DNA from: an uncultured Candidatus Saccharibacteria bacterium
Lineage (GTDB): Bacteria > Patescibacteriota > Saccharimonadia > Saccharimonadales > UBA10212
Assembly (NCBI GenBank): GCA_964567555.1
Contig: CAZMNA010000002.1
Location: forward strand, 5,795-69,794
Direction: 5' to 3'
DNA length: 64,000 nucleotides
This document shows, in pieces, positions 7,171 through 16,264 of the stretch. Positions within the stretch are counted from its first letter, which is position 1. The number at the start of each line of letters is the position of its first letter. Below the pieces are notes generated by a model. It had not been told where the DNA came from and ran no database searches. It worked only from the letters and a program-made list of their open reading frames with translations. Position numbers and translations under genes: made by a program.

Positions 7171-8277
7171 TTAAAAGTGGACGTAGGTGTGGGCCGGCTC
7201 TTTAGCCTTGATGGGATCTATGAAGGTGGCGATTGGTTTGAGGTTGATGGTTATGTGTTGAGCCGAAACAGCATCGCCACTAACACTGTTAACCTTGATA
7301 ATTTGTAAAGACGAACCGGCGTCTATGATGTTAGAGATTTGGCCCGGCTTCTTAAGGCTAAAAAGCGCGTTAACCACATCCGGCGGAATGTTAGGGTTGT
7401 CGCGGGTGATGGATATGCCGTAATCGCCACCGTTAGATTTGGCGGACGGGTCGTCAGAATATTTCTTGGCTACATCAGAAAAGTCTGCGCCGCTTTTGAT
7501 CTTTTTAAGAGCGGCCTGGGCCCGAGCATAGTCAGTGGTGTCTAACTTGGCCAGGACCTTATCGGCCAGCATTTGGTCCTTAAGCGAGCGTCTAAAATCA
7601 GCCACGCTCCAACCCCAATAATTGCGCAGCACATCGGCGAACACTTTGTTGTCACTGCCCAAGCGGTTTTGGGCACGAACCTCGGCAATACGAGCGTTAA
7701 CTTCACCCTCCGAGACAGAAATATGATTGGTAGCGGCTAACTGTTTAATGTAGGCACCATTTATCACATCGCTTAGGGCTTGTTTCCTGAAGGCAAGCAA
7801 CTGCTGGCTACCCGAACCCGAAAAAGTTTGCTGCTGTTGGGACTCATAATAATGAACGTAGTGACGCAGCTCGAACAAATAGTTTTCATAATCCACGTAC
7901 CGCCCGCCTACTTTGGCTATTGGGAACGGCACTATTTGGGTGATGCGGTAAAGGAAAGTATTGGACTGGTAATAATGGTAAAGGGCCAGACTGCAGTAAA
8001 CACTAAAACCGATAATTGCGGTGATGATTATGCCTATCGTTATAGTAACAATCTGATGTTTGGAATGCTGAAGTGGGTAAATGTACTTGCGGGCACCCGA
8101 TAAAACATCCTCACGGTGTTCGGTGATGTTCTGGTTAGTTATGCGTGGTACGTCTGATAAAGGCGTTGGTTCGTCCAGTTTGGGCGTTAGTGGATTAAGC
8201 GCTACAGCTTTTTCACTCACACGCTCAGTTACCTGGTTTTTAACCTTCTTGATTTTGCGTTTGAATGGTTTCTTCAT
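7171..8277 (-). CDS. membrane-anchored parvulin-type peptidyl-prolyl isomerase (PrsA/SurA-like)
   Basis: PpiC-type motif FSDVAKKYSDDPSAKSNGGDYG and an N-terminal TM helix. I prefer ATG at 8277 (MKKPFKRK), 1 nt after the upstream stop. Confidence 0.75.
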   Translation of the reverse strand: MKKPFKRKIKKVKNQVTERVSEKAVALNPLTPKLDEPTPLSDVPRITNQNITEHREDVLSGARKYIYPLQHSKHQIVTITIGIIITAIIGFSVYCSLALYHYYQSNTFLYRITQIVPFPIAKVGGRYVDYENYLFELRHYVHYYESQQQQTFSGSGSQQLLAFRKQALSDVINGAYIKQLAATNHISVSEGEVNARIAEVRAQNRLGSDNKVFADVLRNYWGWSVADFRRSLKDQMLADKVLAKLDTTDYARAQAALKKIKSGADFSDVAKKYSDDPSAKSNGGDYGISITRDNPNIPPDVVNALFSLKKPGQISNIIDAGSSLQIIKVNSVSGDAVSAQHITINLKPIATFIDPIKAKEPAHTYVHF

Positions 8278-8278
8278 T

Positions 8279-8860
8279 TTAGGATTCAATAACTTTCTGC
8301 TCGTCAGCTGTGCCTGGCCGGACACTGGGGTGAATACCAAGCGTTCTTAAAATATGCACCATCTTTTGCTGAATGCGCTCCGGATGGTGCACCTCGTGAA
8401 TGACCAAGTCCCCCACATAGGTTTGTACAATTATTGTACCAAAGTGCAGCAGGGTCTGTTCCAGGCCGGCAATCTGGTAGTTTATCATTTGAATTTGGTC
8501 TAGCGATATATCAACCACATTTACCTGCAGCAGGCTTCTAGTTTGTTGTATGAAGCGGTGGCTGGTCATTATATAAACACTAAAATACCAGCGGACCCAC
8601 CATGGGAAAATCAAAATGCAGCCAAGCACAAAACTCAAGCCCACCGATTCAAAGAAAAAGCCCATAGTGGGCGGGGTGTTGGGGTGGATGGAAACCAAAA
8701 TTAACGTATAAATCGGCCCCAGCACTAGCGCTATGGATGCTAAGACAAGGCCCCTGCGCATCACGATGGGATGTTTTTTAAAGACCAACAAAACATCTTC
8801 TTCGTCAAACTGTTCGCGGAAGTGCTTCCCTTTGGGTTTTTTGGCAACTTTGGTGCTCAT
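8279..8860 (-). CDS. membrane protein with bacterial PH (YdbS/YdbT-like) domain
   Basis: Two TM helices, then the pattern YIMTSHRFIQQ...ISLDQIQ...GTIIVQT typical of bPH domains. Confidence 0.45.
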   Translation of the reverse strand: MSTKVAKKPKGKHFREQFDEEDVLLVFKKHPIVMRRGLVLASIALVLGPIYTLILVSIHPNTPPTMGFFFESVGLSFVLGCILIFPWWVRWYFSVYIMTSHRFIQQTRSLLQVNVVDISLDQIQMINYQIAGLEQTLLHFGTIIVQTYVGDLVIHEVHHPERIQQKMVHILRTLGIHPSVRPGTADEQKVIES

Positions 8861-8902
8861 GCTTATTATTTTAGCTTAAAAGAGCTAGAATTTATGCTAT
8901 AC

Positions 8903-8978
8903 GCCCTGGTAGCTCAGTGGATAGAGCGCCGCCGTCCTAAGGCGGGCGTCGCAGGTTCGAATCCTGCCCAGGGTACCA
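8903..8978 (+). tRNA. tRNA-Arg (anticodon CCU)
   Basis: Manual cloverleaf GCCCTGG/TA/GCTC-AGTGGATA-GAGC/G/CCGCC-GTCCTAA-GGCGG/GCGTC/GCAGG-TTCGAAT-CCTGC/CCAGGGT/A/CCA. Confidence 0.9.
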
Positions 8979-8983
8979 TGGAA

Positions 8984-9018
8984 AATAATACCGCTCATTT
9001 GGGCGGTTATTATTTTGC
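8984..9018 (+). terminator. rho-independent terminator after tRNA-Arg
   Basis: AATAATACCGC-loop-GCGGTTATTATT followed by TTTG. Confidence 0.6.
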
Positions 9019-9113
9019 ACGATGTTTCGTGCCAGGATTCGAGCCAAGGTTCGGTCATCAAGTGGTCACGCGCAGGAGCTGGCTCCGAGCATGACCCGAA
9101 GATGTGCTCTAGT

Positions 9114-9129
9114 CTGCCCAGGGTACCAT
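9114..9129 (+). repeat. 16-nt direct repeat of the tRNA-Arg 3' end
   Basis: CTGCCCAGGGTACCAT is identical to 8964..8979. Confidence 0.8.
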
Positions 9130-9132
9130 TAT

Positions 9133-9627
9133 CTAAAGAGTCAAGTGCTCGTCAGCGGTTTTGTAATCAAACAGTTCGCCGTCTGAGAACCAGTGGGCCA
9201 CCTCGGCTTTGGCTTCCTTGGCGTCACCCGAAGCATGGATAACATTTGGCAAACCGCCGTCACGCGCATTGGCGTGATCATAGCTCATATGGGCAAAGTC
9301 ACCGCGCACAGTCCCCGGATGAGCACTCTTGGGCTCGGTGTCACCAACCATTTTACGGACCAAATCAGCTGCACCGATAGCCTCTAGGGCAACGGCTATT
9401 ACTGGACCGGACATCATAAAGGCAGTGTTACGCTTATAAACCTCTTCGCCCCGACGTGATATAAGTTTGCCAATGTCTTCATAGTGTTTGTGGTAGTGCT
9501 CCTCGTCTGGTGAAACCATTTTCATGCCAACAATTTTAAGTCCGGCCCTTTCAAAGCGTGACAGAATCTCGCCAACCAGTCCGCGCTGAACGGCATCGGG
9601 CTTAAGGATAATTAGTGTGCGTTCCAT
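9133..9627 (-). CDS. ndk: nucleoside diphosphate kinase
   Basis: MERTLIILKPDAVQRGLVGEILSRFERAGLKIVGMKM... and NVIHASG active-site region. Confidence 0.9.
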   Translation of the reverse strand: MERTLIILKPDAVQRGLVGEILSRFERAGLKIVGMKMVSPDEEHYHKHYEDIGKLISRRGEEVYKRNTAFMMSGPVIAVALEAIGAADLVRKMVGDTEPKSAHPGTVRGDFAHMSYDHANARDGGLPNVIHASGDAKEAKAEVAHWFSDGELFDYKTADEHLTL

Positions 9628-9907
9628 ATGCCATGAATTTTAACAGATGGAAAAGGCTAATGCTAGTCTGAACAGTTAATTTGTTCTTTTGGCCTCATTA
9701 CTCGATTTTGTTTCAGCCTCAGCTAATTCTTATCGCCTGCAAATTGCATACCGCTCGTTGCTTTACTTTACAAGTACAGTTCCTCACCTGAATTATTTTC
9801 GGCAGATAAAAATTAGTTCCACTTAACAAAACACTATCGACTAATGAGTCCACTGATATTGTGCGACGTAGGTTGTGCTATAATGTTAGTGCTAAGAAAA
9901 GACAAAA

Positions 9908-10822
9908 ATGAAATATGACCAAGCCGTAGCCGAATTTTTGGAGTACATGGAGCTAGAGCAAAACCGCTCTGCTAAGACAATTGAAAATTATAGCCACTAC
10001 CTGACCCGCCTATCCGACTTTGCCGGCGATATAAAGGTGTCTGATATAAATAGTGAGCTCATCCGCAAATGGCGCCTGTGGCTTAACCGGCTTGGCACTA
10101 ATACATCTGATGAATTGTCCAAAACTACCCAGAACTATCATTTAATTGCCGTGCGAAGCTTCTTAAAATTCTGCGCCAAGCGTGAATTTAGTGCCCTGCC
10201 CGCCGATAAAATTGAACTTGCCCGGACAACCCGGCCACAAGTGACTTTTTTGACTCCTGAGGAACTAGAAAGATTAACCAGCCAGACTAAAACCGAAAGT
10301 CTGTCCGGGCTGCGCGACAGAGCGATTATTGAACTGCTGTTTTCTAGCGGGCTTAGGGTCAGTGAATTAGTTGGTCTGGACGGCGACCATATTAATTTAG
10401 CGCGCCGGGAGTTCATGGTCCGCGGTAAAGGCCAAAAGGACCGGCCGATTTTTATAAGTAAAGAAGCAGCGGACTGGATAAGTAAATACCTAGAAAAACG
10501 TGAAGATAACGCCAAACCCATGTTCATCCGCTATAGTGGGCGCAGTAAAGCCGATACCAGCGGCAATTTTCAGCGCCTAACGGCGCGCAGCATCCAAAGA
10601 ATGGTTGCCCGTTATGCCCGTCTAGCCGGCATAACTAAGCACGTTTCTCCGCATACCCTGCGTCATAGTTTTGCTACTGACCTGCTTATGAATGGTGCGG
10701 ATTTACGCTCTGTGCAGGCTATGCTGGGCCACTCAAATATCGCTACTACCCAAATCTATACCCATGTAACCGATCCCCACCTGCGTGAGGTGCACGAAAA
10801 GTTCCATCGGAGCGGCAAATAG
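9908..10822 (+). CDS. tyrosine recombinase XerC/XerD-like
   Basis: C-terminal HTLRHSFATDLLMNGADLRSVQAMLGHSNIATTQIYTHV (R..HxxR..Y catalytic pattern). TGCTATAAT box at about 9872. Confidence 0.85.
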   Translation: MKYDQAVAEFLEYMELEQNRSAKTIENYSHYLTRLSDFAGDIKVSDINSELIRKWRLWLNRLGTNTSDELSKTTQNYHLIAVRSFLKFCAKREFSALPADKIELARTTRPQVTFLTPEELERLTSQTKTESLSGLRDRAIIELLFSSGLRVSELVGLDGDHINLARREFMVRGKGQKDRPIFISKEAADWISKYLEKREDNAKPMFIRYSGRSKADTSGNFQRLTARSIQRMVARYARLAGITKHVSPHTLRHSFATDLLMNGADLRSVQAMLGHSNIATTQIYTHVTDPHLREVHEKFHRSGK

Positions 10823-10914
10823 CTATTGCTTGCTAGGTCTCGCAAACGCGCGTTAAAGTAGGTGCTAAGCGACTCTTTCCGTCCCTAGTACCTCAAAATT
10901 AAGGAGGAGTGGTC

Positions 10915-12003
10915 ATGCGCGCAGGACACGTGCTGGCACTTAGCGCTGCTGTTGGTAGCGCCGCCCTCATAGCTTCGGGGGTAGCGGTAAAGCCGGCTGC
11001 GGCCAGCTGTAAACCCACCAAGGTGGATAGTTACACAATCTATCCGCCGGACCCAAAGATGATCCCGCCGGCTCCGCCGGTGAGAATTGACGTCACCTAC
11101 ACCGTCTTCATCGACGACGACGGTGTGACGTACTTGAACTTTAGCGGTGCAGTCGGCGATCAAGAATACTGGAACCCCAGCAATGGTTCCGGTAAATACA
11201 CCTTTACACGGTGGTTCGACGTCCCCAGCAGTTACCGTGGTCATCCTCAAGAAACGCTGGAGTTCTCCGGCGCCTGCATGAGCGGGTCGCTTCGGTACCG
11301 GGCCCGTATACCGCGGCCCGGTCAGTCCCCCGTAACGGTGACAAAACCGGTGGGCCAGGCTTCCGGCGGTTGTAGCCAAGACGTGGTCCTGGACCTGCAC
11401 GGATCCGGGGCCAAGGCGGGAGAAGATAGCAAGGTCGGCCGGCAGTTTGCGGCCGCCATGCACAGTCTTCACCCACGCCATAGCAATCAACTGGTACCGG
11501 TACCGTTCGCAGCGGCGGGCGGAGCGGCTCTGGTTGGTGCGTTCCTGCACTTACCGGGCCCGTACCACAGGTCCGTGGTCCGCATGAAGGACTGGTTGCG
11601 GAGCAAGCTCCGCAACCTAGCCAAGAAATGCCCGGCGAGCCACGTCTTTTTGGTTGGTCTAAGCCAGGGAGCTCAAGCCGCCGGCGACGTGTTTGCTGAG
11701 CAACCGTGGCCACAAATCAAGGGTGTCGCGTTGTTTGGCGACACCAAGTACAATCACCTGGACACAGTCGATCGGTTTGGGCTGAACGCTAGCCCGAAGT
11801 ACCGAAGGACGTTCAGGGACGGAAGCTTAGGTACTCGCGCCGTCTGGCCAGCCAGCAAGCACTCACGGGTGCTTAGTTTCTGCCACTTTGGCGATCCCGT
11901 GTGTGCCGTTGACGTAATTGCTATGATCTTTGAGCGATTCCGTCAACATGACAACTACGGGCGCTTTGGCGAGCCAAAGAAGGCTGCCCAGCGCTTTGGC
12001 TAG
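10915..12003 (+). CDS. secreted cutinase-like serine esterase (GC-rich, probably foreign)
   Basis: Signal-peptide-like N-terminus, nucleophile elbow GLSQGAQ, C-terminal CHFGDPVC...QHDNY (cutinase Asp/His/disulfide pattern). AAGGAGG lies 7 nt upstream of ATG 10915. Confidence 0.7.
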   Translation: MRAGHVLALSAAVGSAALIASGVAVKPAAASCKPTKVDSYTIYPPDPKMIPPAPPVRIDVTYTVFIDDDGVTYLNFSGAVGDQEYWNPSNGSGKYTFTRWFDVPSSYRGHPQETLEFSGACMSGSLRYRARIPRPGQSPVTVTKPVGQASGGCSQDVVLDLHGSGAKAGEDSKVGRQFAAAMHSLHPRHSNQLVPVPFAAAGGAALVGAFLHLPGPYHRSVVRMKDWLRSKLRNLAKKCPASHVFLVGLSQGAQAAGDVFAEQPWPQIKGVALFGDTKYNHLDTVDRFGLNASPKYRRTFRDGSLGTRAVWPASKHSRVLSFCHFGDPVCAVDVIAMIFERFRQHDNYGRFGEPKKAAQRFG

Positions 12004-12019
12004 AAAGCCTTTTGGGACG

Positions 12020-12047
12020 CGGGCGGGGCGATATTTTGCCCCGCCCG
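12020..12047. terminator. GC-rich hairpin between convergent genes (terminator-like, no clear U-tract)
   Basis: CGGGCGGGGC-gatatttt-GCCCCGCCCG, a 10-bp perfect stem. Confidence 0.4.
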
Positions 12048-12069
12048 GTGACGGAAAGTGTCGCTCACT

Positions 12070-13239
12070 TTAAAAAATTGGGCCAGATATATTGGCAGGA
12101 ACGCTGCAACTGCTATCTGCATTAGGGTCAGGATTGGCGGGGTCATACATATTTGCGCCACTGACAGGTATCCTAAATAATTTGCAAACGGTGTCCATGG
12201 ATTGGCCGGCAAAACTGTCTTGGACTTTTAGGCGCACAACGGCTTCAATCCGCTGCAGCACATCATTAGCTTCCCCGGTTGAATCCACTACCGCTACTAC
12301 GCCCGGGATGGCCACCGGCCCCGAGCCATCAGTTGCTTGGACGCCTATCGTTAGGTCTTGGTAAAAGGCCGTCATTTTGACATAAAAATCCTGAGCGCCG
12401 CCGTTATTTTGGTCCAGATCTTGAACCTCGGCATTACAAAAGCGGGATGGTACCGATGTGAATGGTAAGCCAAGTGAAGTTGGTGTATTGGAACTGTTGC
12501 AAAAACCATCCACAAAGGAGCCGTCGGTTGAAGCCGTTTTGTAACTAACAGCGCAGATGTGGCCGCCACTGCACGAGCGATTATCCGGGTATAAAAAGTA
12601 GTGGCGGGAGAGCGAATTAAGCTGATTGTTAGTTAGGGAGCTGTTGGGAGCTGCATAGATATCTACCTCTAGCAACCCAGTCGAATTTGGGCTAATGCCT
12701 TGTGGCCCTTTGTTCTCCTGAGGCAATTGGTGGGGCGGATAGGCTGTATGCGCCGGATCAGATAACACCTCCTTTGTGGCACCCTGATAGTCCTGGTTTT
12801 CCCAAGAGAAAAACAGTTTAGATAGATTAAATACACCGGTTATTTCAAAAGTTTGGGATTTGCCGGCACTCAATGGAAAGGGTAGTTCCGGCGGCTTTGG
12901 GTTGATAGTCAAACAAGAATATTGCACCAGCCCGTTGCCGTACAGATTGCCGTTGGGAGCAAAGTATGTACCGCTGGGCTTACAATTCTTTATTACGGTT
13001 GTTGGGTTAGCATTTGAATATAAAGTAGCATCGTTTATGCCCGATTCGGCAGCATAGCGGGCTACATCAGACAGCTGGCGATCTAGAGCCTGCTGGGACT
13101 CACGGCCGGCCAAATGGGCAAAGCCCAGCGTAATTAGTGCAAGGATTGTTACGATAACACTGACAACCAAAAAAGAGACTAAACCGGCTTGATTGGAGGA
13201 TTGACGGCTTTTCATGGTGCTTATATTTAATCGTAGCAT
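12070..13239 (-). CDS. pilus-associated protein, PilX-like N-terminus
   Basis: 389 aa. N-terminal hydrophobic segment AGLVSFLVVSVIVTILALITLGF without Glu5. It is the last gene of the pilin gene run. Confidence 0.5.
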   Translation of the reverse strand: MLRLNISTMKSRQSSNQAGLVSFLVVSVIVTILALITLGFAHLAGRESQQALDRQLSDVARYAAESGINDATLYSNANPTTVIKNCKPSGTYFAPNGNLYGNGLVQYSCLTINPKPPELPFPLSAGKSQTFEITGVFNLSKLFFSWENQDYQGATKEVLSDPAHTAYPPHQLPQENKGPQGISPNSTGLLEVDIYAAPNSSLTNNQLNSLSRHYFLYPDNRSCSGGHICAVSYKTASTDGSFVDGFCNSSNTPTSLGLPFTSVPSRFCNAEVQDLDQNNGGAQDFYVKMTAFYQDLTIGVQATDGSGPVAIPGVVAVVDSTGEANDVLQRIEAVVRLKVQDSFAGQSMDTVCKLFRIPVSGANMYDPANPDPNADSSCSVPANISGPIF

Positions 13240-13868
13240 TAATAACTTTCTAAAACTGTTGAACTGTAGTTAGCCGTGGCGCAGTACTGTGAACCGGCCA
13301 GAGCGCCGGTGCACTGGGCATCGGCGGCTTTATAGGCCGGGGTGGAGCCCGATGGGGATTCAAACACAGTGTTGTCTACACCGTAAAACACCAGATTGAT
13401 AGTAACCGTGCAAAGTCCATTCGGACAACTTACGGTAAGGTTGTTGAGCTGCATACTGTTGCCTGCCATTTCTGCACCGCTAGTGTCACCGGCGGGGTCA
13501 GGGCAACTCCCGGAAATATCTGTCCGCTTTAGGCCAAAAGCCGCGCCATAGCCAACATGAGCACCGAGCAGGAATTTATACTCATGATTGCCAATGCAAA
13601 AATACTTGGTTTGGTGGTCGGTGCTAGTAATGACGACTGGCGTAAACGGTTTATTATAGAACTGGATATCGCTGGTTATACTGCTGGTTATGTTGCGCGC
13701 GTCTTCTTGAACTAAGGTCATGTTGACACCTTTAGAAAACACTCGCCCAATCTGCAAAAAAGTGACCAAGCATATCATTAAAAGTATGGTAAACACAGTC
13801 ATGGCAATCATTAGCTCCAAGATTGTGAAGCCTGCTTGATTTTGGTGGTTGTTGGTTGACTGTTTCAT
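13239..13868 (-). CDS. minor type IV pilin (prepilin-type N-terminal cleavage/methylation domain)
   Basis: NQAG/FTILELMIAMTVF class III signal. Confidence 0.75.
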   Translation of the reverse strand: MKQSTNNHQNQAGFTILELMIAMTVFTILLMICLVTFLQIGRVFSKGVNMTLVQEDARNITSSITSDIQFYNKPFTPVVITSTDHQTKYFCIGNHEYKFLLGAHVGYGAAFGLKRTDISGSCPDPAGDTSGAEMAGNSMQLNNLTVSCPNGLCTVTINLVFYGVDNTVFESPSGSTPAYKAADAQCTGALAGSQYCATANYSSTVLESY

Positions 13869-14434
13869 TTGGCGCGGTAATAGACCTGAGCTATGTTGAC
13901 CGGACCGCCACCCAGGTTATTCCACCTGGCACTAACCGCATAGACCGTGGGGTTAGTTCCGCTTGGCCCATTTGGAGTAGTCGTGGCAATGTTGATGAAA
14001 TACTTCTGGTTTGACGGGCTTGAATCGGTTTGGCCGCTGTCGTTTCTGGCACATTCATAATTATAAGGTTTTGATGAATTAGGTGAGCCACCGGATGTAG
14101 CAGCCACCAAGGTATCGAGTGGCGATGCATTGTTATCATAGTGCCCCCAATTACCATTGGCAGGGTCGCTGGCCGATTCATCCAAGCAAAAATTCATATT
14201 TGACGCCGCAAACGTAGAGTCAAAGTTGGCAGGATCCAATTTGTTGCGCAACTTAAGAGCTGCAATCTGGCTTTCTACGATATTTAAGGCCTGATTACGT
14301 TCCCGCGCGCTTATGGCTTCGTTAAGCGCTCGGCTGGCCACCGCATAAGCTGAACCAATGGCAAAGGCGGCGATCGCCAAGGCAATCATAACTTCTATAA
14401 TGGTGTCGCCATGGTTGGGCTTGGGCAGCTTCAT
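13865..14434 (-). CDS. minor type IV pilin-like protein
   Basis: HG/DTIIEVMIALAIAAF (Glu5 present). Confidence 0.65.
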   Translation of the reverse strand: MKLPKPNHGDTIIEVMIALAIAAFAIGSAYAVASRALNEAISARERNQALNIVESQIAALKLRNKLDPANFDSTFAASNMNFCLDESASDPANGNWGHYDNNASPLDTLVAATSGGSPNSSKPYNYECARNDSGQTDSSPSNQKYFINIATTTPNGPSGTNPTVYAVSARWNNLGGGPVNIAQVYYRAK

Positions 14435-15333
14435 GGGCAGCTCACTCTTCCAAACCTTAGGTTTGTTTGAGGCCCAAGCCCACTACCGCTAGTAATGGTC
14501 AGGGTGGCGGTTTCATTGTCATTGTCATTAATAAAGCACAGCTTGTATGTGTCTTGTGCCGGCGGCCAATTGGGCGAAGGCGTGGCGCCCATGGATAAAG
14601 GCTGAGCGCACGTGCCAGTCAGTTCCAGGCAAAGCTGGACTTCGTGGTGACCAGTTATGTTACTAGGCGGAACATTGCTAGTAAGTGGGTAAGCCACTGC
14701 GGTTAAATCATTACTGCCGTTGGCAGCACTGGCGGTCGCTGTGCCTAAACTATTAAAAAACCCTATCAACTGGTCTGCGCCAGTTATTGTACCGGGGTAA
14801 CTTTCTACGGTGCTACTTACAGATTTGAGGTTCAGGCCGCCGCCTAAAAGATATGTCTCGGTGAAATCCAGACCAGAATTATCATAGCCAGTGGCAGCTA
14901 TCGGCATGGCTTGCCCCATGTTGCTTACTAATTCACCATTGGGTTGGGCACGGCGCCCAAAAATCGAGTAAGCAATAATCTTACCCGACTGTCCCGAAAC
15001 GCAGCCGCTGCAACTGCCGGTAGTGGTGAATTGGAGCGCCTTGCCCAAAAAAATACATTCCGGTTGGACAGAACCACTGCCAGTACTCAGCTTCGGCCGA
15101 TTGACTGGCGTAGTACAGCTGTAATTTGTGGCACTGCCGCTGCCCGGGAAGCCGTCGCTCACATCGTTCATCCAGCTCTGAACCTTGGAATTAACATCTC
15201 TCATACTTTGGGAGAATTGGGTCTCGGCATTTTTGCCGCCGACAGCCACCAGCGCTCCGGCGAGCAGTGCCGCGGAGATAGCCAAAAAAAGCATTACTTC
15301 CAAAATGGTGTACCCGCCTAACACCTGTCGCAT
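14431..15333 (-). CDS. minor type IV pilin-like protein
   Basis: LGG/YTILEVMLFLAISAALL. GCTTATGCTATACT box ends 7 nt upstream of the ATG. Confidence 0.65.
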   Translation of the reverse strand: MRQVLGGYTILEVMLFLAISAALLAGALVAVGGKNAETQFSQSMRDVNSKVQSWMNDVSDGFPGSGSATNYSCTTPVNRPKLSTGSGSVQPECIFLGKALQFTTTGSCSGCVSGQSGKIIAYSIFGRRAQPNGELVSNMGQAMPIAATGYDNSGLDFTETYLLGGGLNLKSVSSTVESYPGTITGADQLIGFFNSLGTATASAANGSNDLTAVAYPLTSNVPPSNITGHHEVQLCLELTGTCAQPLSMGATPSPNWPPAQDTYKLCFINDNDNETATLTITSGSGLGPQTNLRFGRVSCP

Positions 15334-15365
15334 AGGTATCAGTATAGCATAAGCGGGTAGTTGTT

Positions 15366-16199
15366 TTAGCCGGTAACTAAGCGCTTATACCAATCAATCA
15401 CCGGCTGGCCAAACAGCATCACAAAAGCCGTAGCTGCGATTAAAAACGGTCCGAACGGTAACTTTGAACCTATGTTTTTGGTGCCGGTAATTATGTGCGG
15501 CAAAGCGATAACTAGGCCCGCCAAAGAGGCGAAAAATATCATAGCTAGAGCTTTAGCTGGGGTCGCGACTAGCGTGCCGGTAATTAAGCCCAGACGCACA
15601 TCGCCGTAACCAATCAACCGGCCACCAGACAATCTAAACAAAAGCCAAAAAATACCGCTGGCTATTGCCAGCGCTGCCAGCCAAGCCAAGACGTCCCGGC
15701 TCGGCTGAGATGAATAAAAGATGATGTACCCCGCCCTGCCAATGACGGCTAAGCCAAGCGTTGGATAAACTATGTGGTTTGGCAAAATCATCCAGCGCGC
15801 ATCGTATATAGCCAGCGCCAGTAAGCCAACGCTGGCAGTCAGCCATGAACCAAACAGCAGCCACTGGCCTGGTAAGGTAAATGAAACCGGCCAAAAAATG
15901 TAAGAAAGCACAAAGACAAGTGCCATCACCAGCTCAGCTATCGGGTACTGCGGACTAATTCTGACCTGGCAATAGCGGCAGCGGCCCTTCAGGGCTAAGT
16001 AACTTAAAACCGGCACTAGATCTAACGCTGAAAGCTTGTGTTTACAAACCGGGCACATAGAACGGCCGCGCAAAATTGAATAATCCCGTGCCCTGACTTT
16101 TGGCGTATCTGCAACATGCTGAATAAATAATCGCCAAACCAGTGCGTTAGCAAAGCTACCCATCGCCAAGCCTAAAATCACCAGGATAATAATGAACAT
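15366..16199 (-). CDS. pilD: prepilin peptidase / N-methyltransferase (A24 family)
   Basis: CPVCKHKLSALDLVPVLSYLALKGRCRYC zinc motif plus a polytopic membrane domain. Confidence 0.9.
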   Translation of the reverse strand: MFIIILVILGLAMGSFANALVWRLFIQHVADTPKVRARDYSILRGRSMCPVCKHKLSALDLVPVLSYLALKGRCRYCQVRISPQYPIAELVMALVFVLSYIFWPVSFTLPGQWLLFGSWLTASVGLLALAIYDARWMILPNHIVYPTLGLAVIGRAGYIIFYSSQPSRDVLAWLAALAIASGIFWLLFRLSGGRLIGYGDVRLGLITGTLVATPAKALAMIFFASLAGLVIALPHIITGTKNIGSKLPFGPFLIAATAFVMLFGQPVIDWYKRLVTG

Positions 16200-16219
16200 T
16201 GCCCTTATGTTAGCATATT

Positions 16220-16253
16220 AAAAACAGCCCTACTCAGAGTTCGGGCTGTTTTT
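16220..16253 (-). terminator. rho-independent terminator after pilA (bidirectional)
   Basis: CAGCCC-12 nt-GGGCTG with a T5 run on both strands. Confidence 0.7.
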
Positions 16254-16264
16254 AATAACTTGCT

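Noticed and set aside
8979-9113. Possible second (pseudo-)tRNA between the tRNA-Arg end and its 16-nt repeat (GGATTCGAGCC looks T-loop-like).
   Set aside because: I could not fold a cloverleaf. Only the last 16 nt match the tRNA.
10885-11713. Long antisense or alternate-frame ORFs (221 aa, 169 aa) inside the cutinase-like gene.
   Set aside because: They are Arg/Pro/Gly-rich products typical of stop-codon-poor GC-rich DNA. The sense frame has a signal peptide, catalytic motifs and an SD.
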